DNA of 64,000 bases, taken from the NCBI GenBank assembly GCA_012744445.1, contig JAAYBZ010000097.1, positions 4,457-68,456 of the forward strand, given 5' to 3'. Positions 10,813-24,658 of the stretch are shown piece after piece. Each line of letters starts with the position of its first letter. The first letter of the stretch is position 1. This DNA comes from Myxococcales bacterium (lineage in GTDB: Bacteria > Myxococcota_A > Polyangia > Polyangiales > Houyiibacteriaceae). Made by a program: the position numbers and the translations under genes. Under the pieces are notes generated by a model, which saw only the letters and a program-made list of their open reading frames with translations, ran no database searches and was not told where the DNA came from.

Positions 10813-10831
10813 ACGTAAGCGGCGGGGAGCC

Positions 10832-14452
<3,621 letters not shown>

Positions 14453-14459
14453 GGGGAGC

Positions 14460-16322
14460 ATGAGAGACGGATTGGACATCGAAGCAGAGCTCGCGGCCTT
14501 CGAGGCCGCGGAGCGAGCGCGGCTCGGCCTCGTCGAAGACGCGGCGCCGAAGCAGTGGTCGGATGCCATGATCGATCCGACCTTCCTCGCGAGCGAGCGG
14601 CCCAAGGTCACGCTCCTCTTCGGCGGGCTCACGGTCGCCCACGACTACCTCATCCAGGCTGCGCTCGAGGGCATGGGCTATCGCGCGCGGATGCTCGACT
14701 GCCCGGACAACGACGCGCTGCGCATGGGCAAGGAGTTCGGCAACCGCGGTCAGTGCAACCCCACCTATTACACGGTGGGGAACCTCGTGAAGGAGCTGAC
14801 ACGCCTGCGCGACGAGGAGGGCCTCTCCACCCAGGAGATCATCGACGGGCACATCTTCCTCACGGCGAGCGCGTGCGGGCCCTGCCGCTTCGGCATGTAC
14901 GTGACCGAGTACCGCAAGGCGCTCCGCGACGCCGGCTTCGACGGCTTCCGCGTGCTCCTCTTCCAGCAGACGGGCGGCTTCAAGCAGGCCACGGGCGAAG
15001 AGCTCGGCCTCGTGCTCAACCCGCCGTTCTTCATCGCGCTCCTCAAGGCGATGCTCGCGGGCGACGTGCTCAACGCCATGGGCTACCGCCTGCGCCCCTA
15101 CGAGCTCGAGGCCGGGGCGACCGATCGCGCGCTCGAGGCGGCCAAGGCCGATTGCTACGCCGCGCTCCAACAGAACAAGAGCGTGCTCGTCGCCCTCTTC
15201 CGCGCGCGGCGACACTTCGCGCAGGTGAAGGTCGATCGGCTGCTGCCCAAGCCCAAGGTCTCCGTCATCGGTGAGTTCTGGGCGATGACGACCGAGGGCG
15301 ACGGCAACTACCACCTCCAGCGCTTCCTCGAGCAAGAGGGCGCGGAGTGCACGATCCAGCTCCTCGCGAACCTGCTCCTCTACAACCTCTGGGAGTACCG
15401 CTACGACACGAAGGATCGCGCGCGGCTCCGCGACGCCGACGACGCGCACTACGGCCTCGCGGGCATCGACCCCGAGCTCCGCATGGCCGGACTCTGGTTC
15501 GGCCAGATGCTGCTCCGCGTGGCCTTCAAGGCGTTCTCGACGGCGGTGGGCCTCTACGGCTACGCGCTCGCCGACATGGACGAGCTCGCGGAGATCGCCG
15601 ACGAGCTCTACGACGTCGATCTCCGCGGCGGAGAGGGCCACACGGAGGTGGCCAAGGTCATCTACGACGTGAAGAAGAAGAAGTCGCACATGACCGTGAG
15701 CGTGAAGCCCTTCGGCTGCATGCCGAGCTCGGGCGTCTCCGACGGCGTGCAGAGCGCGGTCACCGAGCGCTACCCGGACGCGATCTTCTGCGCGGTGGAG
15801 ACGAGCGGCGACGGCGCGGTGAACTTCTACTCCCGCGTGCAGATGGTGCTCTTCAAGGCTCGCCTCCGCGCGCAGGAGGAGTTCGAGGCGGTGCTCGCCG
15901 AGCACGGCGTGACGCTCGAGCAGCTCCGCGAGGAGCTCGCCCGCTCGCGCTTCCGCAACGCCTTCCTCCGCCCCCCGCACGCGCTGGCGGGTTCGGCGGC
16001 CGATCTCGCGCACCACCTCGCGCCCCTCGTCGGCAAGAGCCCGGTGGAGCGCGCGCGCATCCACACCGAGCGCGCCGCGCGCCGCGCCAAGGAGATCGCC
16101 ACCGTCGACGCCCCGAAGGTCTGGCGGAAGACCAAGGAGATCGCGCCCTACGTGCCGTCGATGCTCCGCTTCCTCGCGCTCGAGGCGCGCGACATGATGC
16201 CGCGCCTCGAGTCCGCGTGGAAGGACGCCATCGAGAAGCTCGTGCCGCGCGCCGAGGCCGCCGAGCCCGCGCCCGAGCCCGTGCGGGCCGAGGGCTCGCG
16301 CTCGCTCCCGATCTACGCCTGA
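14460..16322 (+). CDS. 2-hydroxyacyl-CoA dehydratase-family / activase-associated (HgdB/DUF2229-like) protein
   Basis: This 620-aa ORF starts 8 nt after the activase gene. 'VTLLFGGLTVAHDYLIQAALEGMGYRARMLDCPDNDALRMGKEFGNRGQCNPTYYTVGNLVKEL' and 'ASACGPCRFGMY' resemble subunits that partner HgdC-type activases. The family assignment is from memory. Confidence 0.6.
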   Translation: MRDGLDIEAELAAFEAAERARLGLVEDAAPKQWSDAMIDPTFLASERPKVTLLFGGLTVAHDYLIQAALEGMGYRARMLDCPDNDALRMGKEFGNRGQCNPTYYTVGNLVKELTRLRDEEGLSTQEIIDGHIFLTASACGPCRFGMYVTEYRKALRDAGFDGFRVLLFQQTGGFKQATGEELGLVLNPPFFIALLKAMLAGDVLNAMGYRLRPYELEAGATDRALEAAKADCYAALQQNKSVLVALFRARRHFAQVKVDRLLPKPKVSVIGEFWAMTTEGDGNYHLQRFLEQEGAECTIQLLANLLLYNLWEYRYDTKDRARLRDADDAHYGLAGIDPELRMAGLWFGQMLLRVAFKAFSTAVGLYGYALADMDELAEIADELYDVDLRGGEGHTEVAKVIYDVKKKKSHMTVSVKPFGCMPSSGVSDGVQSAVTERYPDAIFCAVETSGDGAVNFYSRVQMVLFKARLRAQEEFEAVLAEHGVTLEQLREELARSRFRNAFLRPPHALAGSAADLAHHLAPLVGKSPVERARIHTERAARRAKEIATVDAPKVWRKTKEIAPYVPSMLRFLALEARDMMPRLESAWKDAIEKLVPRAEAAEPAPEPVRAEGSRSLPIYA

Positions 16323-16399
16323 GGTGCGGGGGAGGGCGCCCGTGTGCTCGGGCGCCCTCGCCGGGCGCTCGCGCGTGCGGCCCTTTGGCCGTAACGTGA

Positions 16400-18004
<1,605 letters not shown>

Positions 18005-18008
<4 letters not shown>

Positions 18009-20389
18009 GAGGGCTCCTTTCGTCCGGGTCCGACGAGCGCGATCGCGGAGGGTGCGAGCACGAGGCAGGCGAAGATCCCGACCGACGCCGTGAGGCCGAT
18101 CGAGGAGAGAACCGGATGCGCGCTCAGCGCGAGCAAGCTGAAGCCGAGCAGCGTGGACACCGCGGCGAGCACGATGGCGAGGAGCGAGGCGTCGCGGTGC
18201 GCTTCGTCCATGCGCTCGGCGTGGACGAGGAAGAGCCCGTAGTCCACGCCCATGCACACCACGATGAGGAGCGTGGTGAGCGTCACGAGATCTACGCCGC
18301 GCCCGGCGAGCGAGAGCGCGCCCAACGTGGTGAGCGCGGCGACGAGGGCCGGCGCGAGGGCAGCGAGCGCGCCGCGCAGGCTCCGCTGCTGGATGACGAC
18401 GAGGATCAACACCGCGAGGAGGCCAAGGGCGAGGAGCTCGAGCGTGTGCGCGCGGTAGGTGGACGCGGCGCGCCCGAAGAGCTCGCCCTGACGCAGGAAG
18501 GTGACCCCCTCGACGTCGGCGAGGTGCTGCGCGAGCGCGCCCTCGTCGCGGACGCCGTTCAAATAGGTGAGGAAAGCGACGCCGTCGGGGAGCTCGAGCC
18601 GAAGCGAGCGCACCATGAAGGCGAGCGGCGAGTCGAGCAGCGCCGCGTACTCGAGCGGCTCGGGCATCGGCTCCTCGAGGTAGGCGAAGAAGGGCGAGAA
18701 CGCCTCGGGCACGAAGCCCTCCGCGGCGAAGGCCGCCTCGAAGCGCGCGCGGAGCGTGGCGTCGCCGAGGAGCGCGGCCTGCGAGGCGCGCTGCGTAGCC
18801 GGGCTCGGGAGCAGGCGGTGGATGCCGTGGAATCCCTCGAGCGCGCCCTCCGTCTGGGCCTGTTCGAGCGCGCGCGCGGCTCGCTCGTTCGCCTCGAGCG
18901 CGCTCCCTTCGTCGGCGCCCCGAGCGACGACGAAGCGCATCTGCTCGAAGCGCGTCACGCGGTCCCGTACGCGCTCGTCCTCGGCGAGGAGCGCGGGATC
19001 GACGCCGCCCATCTCGCCAAAGCCCTGGCCCTCGGGCATGGACGGGACGGTGAGCGCGACGAAGACGAGGGCGCCGCCGAAGACGACGAGCGCCGCGCGC
19101 CGATTTCGCCGCAACGCGCCGAGCGAGGGGCGGAGGAGGGCGACGAAGCGCTCCCGCGCCGCGACGGGGCGCATCGTCGTGGGCAGCAGCGAAGGGATCA
19201 TCGCGCGCGTGATCGCGAGCGAAGTCCCGACACCCACGGCCGAGAAGAGGGCGACCTCGCGCAGCCCCGGGAGCGAGGAGAAGAGGAGCGCGACGAAGCC
19301 GAGGATGGTCGCGGCGGCGCATGTGAAGAGCGTGCGATCGATCTCGCGCAGGGTCCCGCGCGGGCCCTCGGGCGAGGGCGCGACGGCGTGGTGGCAGTAG
19401 AGGTGCACGACGTAGTCGACCGTCACGCCGATGAGGGAGGCCCCGAACGCGAGCGTGATGCCATGGACGCGGTCGCCCACGAGGAGCACCGCCGCGAGGC
19501 CGGCGAGCACGCCGCCGCCCACGGGGAGCGACGCGAGCGCGATGAAGCGCAGGCTCCGGAAGAGCGTGAGGAGGGCGAGCACGAGCGTGACGACGGAGAC
19601 CACGGAGATACGCGTGATGTCGCGCTTGATCGCTTCCTCGGCGTGGAGGGCGAAGCGGTGGATGCCGCTCTGGTCCATGGAGAGCTCGCCGCCGAGCGCG
19701 TGGTTCGTGCGCGCGAAGGCCTCCGCGATGGCCTCGAAGAGCGGCCGCTGCGCCGCCGTGTCGAAGGCTTCGGCGCGGGTGCCCATGAAGAAGACGGCGT
19801 AGCGACCGTCCTGGGTGAGGTATCGACCGTCGACGACGGAGAGGCTCCGCGCCTGCCCCTGCTCGAGCGACTCGAAGACACCCGGCACGACGAGGAAGGG
19901 GTCCAGGGGTGCGAGGCGCGTGAGGAGCGTGGAGGTGGGCTGCGAGAGGCGATCGCGGAGCGAGGACGCGGCGGCGCGGAGCCCCTCGTCCGAGAGGCGC
20001 TCGCGCGCTTCGTCGGGCGAGCGAGCGAAGAGCTGGGCGCGGTGCGGGAAGTAGAGCTCGAAGATCTGGCGCTCGAACTCCGCCGGCGGCCCGCCCTCGA
20101 GGAAGGCGAGCGCTTCCGTCACGAGGGGATCGCTCCGCAGCTCCGCCTCGAAGCGGCGGCTCGCCTCGAGGGCGACGTCGCGACTCGGCGCGCCGATCGT
20201 GATCACGATCGTACGGCTGAGCTCACCTCTGGCGATCTCGCGCGAGAGGCGACCGAGCTCGCGATCGTCTCCCTCCGGGAGGAAGGAGGTCACGTCGGTG
20301 TCCATCGCGAAGCGGCTCGCGACGAAGACGGCCGCGCCCGCGAGCGCGAGGAGCCCGAAGAGGAGGGCGAGACGATCCCGTCGGCTCAT
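18005..20389 (-). CDS. MMPL/RND-superfamily exporter (ApeM-like)
   Basis: This is a 794-aa polytopic protein with two blocks of TM helices separated by soluble loops. The N-terminus is 'RLALLFGLLALAGAAVFVASRFAMDTDVTSFLP'. It is collinear with apeM, between the LolA-like and DUF3261 genes. Confidence 0.8.
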
Positions 20390-21027
20390 GTCCCGTCGCG
20401 GCCGAAGAGCCGCTCCTTCTCGGCGGCGCTGAAGGTCCGCCGGGGGTCGGCGTCGAGGATCCGCGTGACGCTCCGATCGCCCGAGGTCTCGTGCACCTCG
20501 ACGGTGCGCACGGCGAGGCCCTCGCCCGAGAGGCGGATCTCGCGGACGAGCTTGTCGAGCGGCGCGCGGCGGGGCTTCATCGAGAGCGCCCAGGTGGCGC
20601 CGCCCGAGAACTCCAGGACGAACGCCTCCTCGAGGGCCGCGCGGTTGCCGGAGAAGAGCCAGAGCAGGGACTCGACGAGCGGGCGGACGTCGGGGCGTCC
20701 CGCGAGGTCGAGCTCCTGCACCTTCTCGCCTTCGCGGATGCGGAGCCGCGTGCCCGTGACGAGCAGCTCTTGCGGCTTGGGTGACTCGACGCGGCGGAGG
20801 AGCATCCCCGGCGGCGCGAAGAAGAGGGTGCCCTCACTCTTGAGCGGCACGGCGAGGAGGCTCATCGTCTTCTCCTCGACGAAGCGCGCCTCGAGCCCCG
20901 GCATCTCGGAGAACGCCCGAAGGAGGCGGTCGAGGCTCATCGGCGCGTCGGCCGCGGCGCTCCCGAAGAGGCCGAGGACGAGCGCGAAGAGCGCGACGCT
21001 AACCTTGGATGCGCGAGACGATCGCAT
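20386..21027 (-). CDS. LolA-like outer-membrane lipoprotein carrier family protein (ApeL-like)
   Basis: It has the signal peptide 'VSVALFALVLGLFGSAAADA'. The approximately 190-aa mature domain has a LolA-like pattern ('LEARFVEEKTMSLLAVPLKSEGTLFFAPPGMLLRRV'). An ATGA overlap links it to the exporter gene. Confidence 0.7.
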   Translation of the reverse strand: MRSSRASKVSVALFALVLGLFGSAAADAPMSLDRLLRAFSEMPGLEARFVEEKTMSLLAVPLKSEGTLFFAPPGMLLRRVESPKPQELLVTGTRLRIREGEKVQELDLAGRPDVRPLVESLLWLFSGNRAALEEAFVLEFSGGATWALSMKPRRAPLDKLVREIRLSGEGLAVRTVEVHETSGDRSVTRILDADPRRTFSAAEKERLFGRDGT

Positions 21028-21412
21028 CGGGGGTCTCCGGGAAGAGCTTGCCTTGGGCGTCGGTCGTGGCGAGCGTGGTGGAGGCGCGCGCGCTCTTCCG
21101 CCCGTGGGTGAGGTTCTTCACCTCGTAGGCGATGCGGAGGAGCGGCCGCGCCTCGACGATGCGCGCCGTGACCTCGAACGCGTCGCCGTAGTGCAGCGGG
21201 AACATGTACCGGCAGCGCGCCTCGGTGATGTACATGCGGAAGCCCATGTCGCGGATGCGCGGCACGTCGAGCTCGAGCTGCTCGAGGAGCTTCTGACGCG
21301 CCACCTCGAAATACTCGAGGTAACGCCCGTGCCACACCACGTTGAGCGGATCGCAGTGGTGGAAGGGGACGTCGAAGCGCGTGGTCCTCTCGAGAGCGCG
21401 GGGCGAGTTCAT
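20999..21412 (-). CDS. 4-hydroxybenzoyl-CoA-thioesterase-fold (YbgC/4HBT) thioesterase (ApeK-like)
   Basis: It is a 137-aa hotdog protein. 'FDVPFHHCDPLNVVWHGRYLEYFEVARQKLL' carries the 4HBT catalytic Asp context. The ATG at 21412 overlaps the stop of the ammonia-lyase gene (ATGA). Confidence 0.75.
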   Translation of the reverse strand: MNSPRALERTTRFDVPFHHCDPLNVVWHGRYLEYFEVARQKLLEQLELDVPRIRDMGFRMYITEARCRYMFPLHYGDAFEVTARIVEARPLLRIAYEVKNLTHGRKSARASTTLATTDAQGKLFPETPDAIVSRIQG

Positions 21413-22971
21413 GTGAGGCTCGGATCTCCCGTGGGAAGCGCGCCCTCGCGCATCATCGCGAGCACGGCGTGGACGTCGCGATCCATGCGGCGGTCCTCGA
21501 CGAGGCGCGGGACCTCGCGGCGGACCGCGTCCAGGATGGCGGTGGCGCGCCTCGAGCACGCGGTCTCGCCGCGGAGCTCGACGGCCTGGCAGACGGCGAG
21601 CGTGAGCATGGCGGCGACCTGCTCGGTGATCTCCACGATGCGCAGCAGGTCGCGCGCGGCGATGGTGGCCATCGGCACCTTGTCCTGGTTGTGGAGCTCG
21701 GTGCTGCGGCTGAACGCGCTCGCCGGCATCGTGAGCTTGAGCGCCTCGGCGGCGAGGCTCGAGGTGGCGATGGTCACGGCCTTGAAGCCGTTGTGGACGC
21801 ATGCGCCCTCGCCGTCCACGCCCTTGAGGTCGCGCGGGAGACCGTCGTTCTCCTCGGGGTTGCAGAGGAGGAGGAGCTGGCGATCGAGGAGGCAGGCCAC
21901 GTTGGCGACAGCGGTCTTGAGCGAGTCGCAGACGAAGGCGACGTGCCCGCCGTAGAAGTTGCCGCCGTGCAGGATGCGCTCGCTCTCCACGTCGACGAGC
22001 GGGTTGTCGCTCACGCCGTTGAACTCGGTCTCGAGCGTCTCGGCGGCGAAGCGGAGCGCGTCGACGAGCACGCCGATGACGTGGGGCGCGCAGCGGATCG
22101 AGTAGCGATCCTGGAGGCGCGCGATCGAGCGCGCGGGCGGGCGGTCGAAGACGAGGTCCTCGCGGATCCACGACGCCACGCGCACCTGGCCACGGTGCGG
22201 CTTCGCGTCGTGGATGAAGGCGTCGAAATGCGAGGGGTTCCCGTTGACCGCGAGGGAGGTCATCGCCGTGATCGACGAGGCGAGCCGCGCGAGCGCGCGG
22301 GCGCGCTCCCACGCGAGGCAGGCGATGGCCGTGGCCACGGCCGTGCCGTTCATCAGCGCGAGCGACTCCTTGGGTTTGAGCGTGAGCGGCTCGAGCCCGA
22401 GCGCCTCGAGGGCCTCACGGGCCGGGACCTCGCGCCCGCGGTAACTGACCTCTCGCTCGCCGACGAGCATGGCCGCGACGTAGGAGAGCGGCGTGAGGTC
22501 GCCGCTCGCGCCCACGGAGCCCTCCGCGGGGATGCGCGGCAGGACGCGCTCGTCGAGGAAGCGCACGAGGCGCTCCGCGAGCTCGACGCGCACGCCGCTC
22601 TTGCCGGCCGCGAGCGAGGCGATGCGCAGCGCGAGCACGGCGGCCGCTTCTTCTTCTTCGAGGATGCGGCCCGTCCCGCAGCCGTGCATGCGGAGGAGGT
22701 TGAGGGAGAGCTCGGCAGCGCGCTCCTTGGGCACCTCGACGCAGACCGACGCGCCGACGCTCGTGGTGACGCCGTAGATCGAATCGCCGCTCGCGTGGAG
22801 GCGCTCCATCACCTCGGCGCTCCGCCGCATCCGCTCGCGAGCTTCGGGGGCGAGCGCCGGGCGCACCGTCCCACGGGCGAGCGAGACGACGTCGTCGATC
22901 GAGAGGGGACGCGCGCCGATCTCGAGGGTGTCGGGCGCCGCATCGAGGCGCTTCAGGGCAATGGGGTTCAT
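21409..22971 (-). CDS. MIO-dependent aromatic amino acid ammonia-lyase (HAL/TAL/PAL family; tyrosine ammonia-lyase suspected from context)
   Basis: The MIO-forming triad sits in 'GSVGASGDLTPLSYVAAMLVGE'. Other family motifs are 'IYGVTTSVGA' and 'ESLALMNGTA'. The true start is ATG 22971 (MNPIALKRL...). The 877-aa track ORF carries a spurious N-terminal extension. Confidence 0.85.
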   Translation of the reverse strand: MNPIALKRLDAAPDTLEIGARPLSIDDVVSLARGTVRPALAPEARERMRRSAEVMERLHASGDSIYGVTTSVGASVCVEVPKERAAELSLNLLRMHGCGTGRILEEEEAAAVLALRIASLAAGKSGVRVELAERLVRFLDERVLPRIPAEGSVGASGDLTPLSYVAAMLVGEREVSYRGREVPAREALEALGLEPLTLKPKESLALMNGTAVATAIACLAWERARALARLASSITAMTSLAVNGNPSHFDAFIHDAKPHRGQVRVASWIREDLVFDRPPARSIARLQDRYSIRCAPHVIGVLVDALRFAAETLETEFNGVSDNPLVDVESERILHGGNFYGGHVAFVCDSLKTAVANVACLLDRQLLLLCNPEENDGLPRDLKGVDGEGACVHNGFKAVTIATSSLAAEALKLTMPASAFSRSTELHNQDKVPMATIAARDLLRIVEITEQVAAMLTLAVCQAVELRGETACSRRATAILDAVRREVPRLVEDRRMDRDVHAVLAMMREGALPTGDPSLT

Positions 22972-23909
22972 CGCGCGGGCTTCTCCCAGAAGTCGTAGAA
23001 GTTGAACCAGTTGTCGGGCGCCGAGCGGCAGCGCTCTTCGAGCGCGGTGGCGTATTTTTGCACGATCTCGGCGAGCGCGGCCTGGCGATTCTGCCGAGGG
23101 AGCACGATCCGTTCGGCGAAGGGTTCGCACGAGAGCTCGTAACGGTTGGGCTCGCGGTAGATGCCGAAGGTGAGGTAGACGGGGCACTTCAGCATCGAGG
23201 CGAGGAGGAAGGGCCCCGCCGGGAAGAGCGCCGGCTCGCCGAAGAAGCGCGCCTCGACCGTCTTGTCGTTGAGCCCGATGCGATCGCCCATCATCGCGAC
23301 CATTTCGCCGGCCTCGACGCGCTCGCGGAGCGTCATCGCGAAGCCGACGGGGTCGCCGCCCACGTGCAGCACCCGCGCGGCCATCTCGGGATCCAGGCGC
23401 TGGAGGAGCGCGTTGATCATCTTCGCGTTCTCGAAGTGACCCACGATCGTGATCGGGAATCGCTCGCGCGCCCCGGTCGCCCGCATGGCGTCGAAGCTGC
23501 CGAGGTGCGCCCCCAAGAGGATCGCGCCGCGCTTCTTCTCGGCGAGCTCGGCGAGGTGGTGGTTGCCCGTCCGCGTGACGACGAAGGGCGAGAATTTGCG
23601 CTGGAGGAGGAAGGTCCGGTCCAGCGTGACCTGCGCGAAGCGGTGGATGTTCGCGTAGACCTCGCGGAAGCGGGGCTTCCGGCCGTAGACACGCGCGAGG
23701 AACGCCTCGGAGGCCGTGCGGGCCCGCTTGTCGAAGAGCGCGTAGTAGAGCGCGACGAGGCGAACGATCTGCCGCGCCGGGAAGCGCCCGAAGAGCGTCG
23801 CGAGGAAGAAGACGATGCGGATGCCCAGGATCGCGCCGCGCTCCTTCTCGGTGAGCCAGGCGGCGCGCGGCTTCCGGGTCGCGTCGACCTCGGCGTTCGT
23901 CGCCGTCAC
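22968..23909 (-). CDS. LpxL/HtrB-like (lauroyl/myristoyl) lipid acyltransferase
   Basis: 'GAILLGAHLGSFDAM' gives an HX4D acyltransferase motif, and the length and layout match the lipid A late acyltransferase family. The GTG start at 23909 overlaps the stop of the upstream glycosyltransferase gene (GTGA). Confidence 0.7.
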   Translation of the reverse strand: MTATNAEVDATRKPRAAWLTEKERGAILGIRIVFFLATLFGRFPARQIVRLVALYYALFDKRARTASEAFLARVYGRKPRFREVYANIHRFAQVTLDRTFLLQRKFSPFVVTRTGNHHLAELAEKKRGAILLGAHLGSFDAMRATGARERFPITIVGHFENAKMINALLQRLDPEMAARVLHVGGDPVGFAMTLRERVEAGEMVAMMGDRIGLNDKTVEARFFGEPALFPAGPFLLASMLKCPVYLTFGIYREPNRYELSCEPFAERIVLPRQNRQAALAEIVQKYATALEERCRSAPDNWFNFYDFWEKPAR

Positions 23910-24658
23910 GAGCCCGCTCCGAGGAGCCGGCGCAGGCCGAGGAGTCGGAAGAAGAAGCGCATCGACGCCTCGGTGCAGAGCCGGCTGTGCAGGAGGCCGA
24001 GGCGGAGATTGTCGCGCACGGGCTGGAAGTGGGAGCGCCCACCCTCTTCGGCCGTGAGGTATCGGACCCCGACGGGGAGGTTCACGATGGGGATCCCCGC
24101 CCACGCGATGCGCACCGCGATCTCGACGTCGAAGTCCATACGATCGCTTCTGACGCGCAGCGCGCGGATCGATTCGACGGGGTAGACGCGGAAGCCCACC
24201 ATCGCGTCGCGGATCACGCCGCGCCCGGCCTCGAGGTCGACCCAGAACTTGGTGATGGCGCGCGCGCGCCTTCGCACGGCCGGGACCTCGCCCTCGTAGA
24301 CGGGGTAGCCGAGCACGCAGGCCGAAGGCGCCGCCTCGGCCGCCCGCAGGAACTCGGGCATCGCGTCAACGTCGTGCTGACCGTCGGCGTCGATCTGGAG
24401 CGCGTGCGAGAAGCCCAACGCGGACGCCGCGTCGAGACCCGTCTTCACCGCGGCGCCCTTGCCGCCGTTGCGATCGCGATGGACCACGTGGGCGAGGCCG
24501 CGTGTCGCGAGCGAGGCGCAGGCCGCGCGGCCCTCGGACCCGCTCCCGTCGTCGACCACGATCACGTCGCCGAGGTGCTCGCGCGCGCGGAGCACGACCC
24601 GCTCGATCGTGGCGGGGTTGTCGTAGGTGGGGATCAGCACGCAGGGGCGGAAGCTCAT
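23906..24658 (-). CDS. family 2 glycosyltransferase (ApeJ-like)
   Basis: GT-A motifs are present: 'CVLIPTYDNPATI', 'VIVVDDGSGS' and 'LQIDADGQHD' (DxD). The ATG at 24658 overlaps the stop of the ligase gene (ATGA). Confidence 0.8.
   Translation of the reverse strand: MSFRPCVLIPTYDNPATIERVVLRAREHLGDVIVVDDGSGSEGRAACASLATRGLAHVVHRDRNGGKGAAVKTGLDAASALGFSHALQIDADGQHDVDAMPEFLRAAEAAPSACVLGYPVYEGEVPAVRRRARAITKFWVDLEAGRGVIRDAMVGFRVYPVESIRALRVRSDRMDFDVEIAVRIAWAGIPIVNLPVGVRYLTAEEGGRSHFQPVRDNLRLGLLHSRLCTEASMRFFFRLLGLRRLLGAGS

Noticed and set aside
18009-19322. N-terminal extension of the 645-aa minus ORF 17385..19322, and similar extensions of 20999..22312, 21409..24042, 22968..24104, 23906..26512, 24655..26559 and 48946..51507
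   Set aside because: The extensions are Arg/Pro-rich and overlap the upstream gene in another frame. Internal ATG/GTG starts that form 4-nt overlaps with the upstream stops give proteins of family-typical length.
18116-21955. 1279-aa plus-strand ORF across the MMPL, LolA-like, thioesterase and lyase genes
   Set aside because: It is antisense to four motif-supported, translationally coupled genes. The translation is Arg/Glu/Ala-rich with no domain signature.
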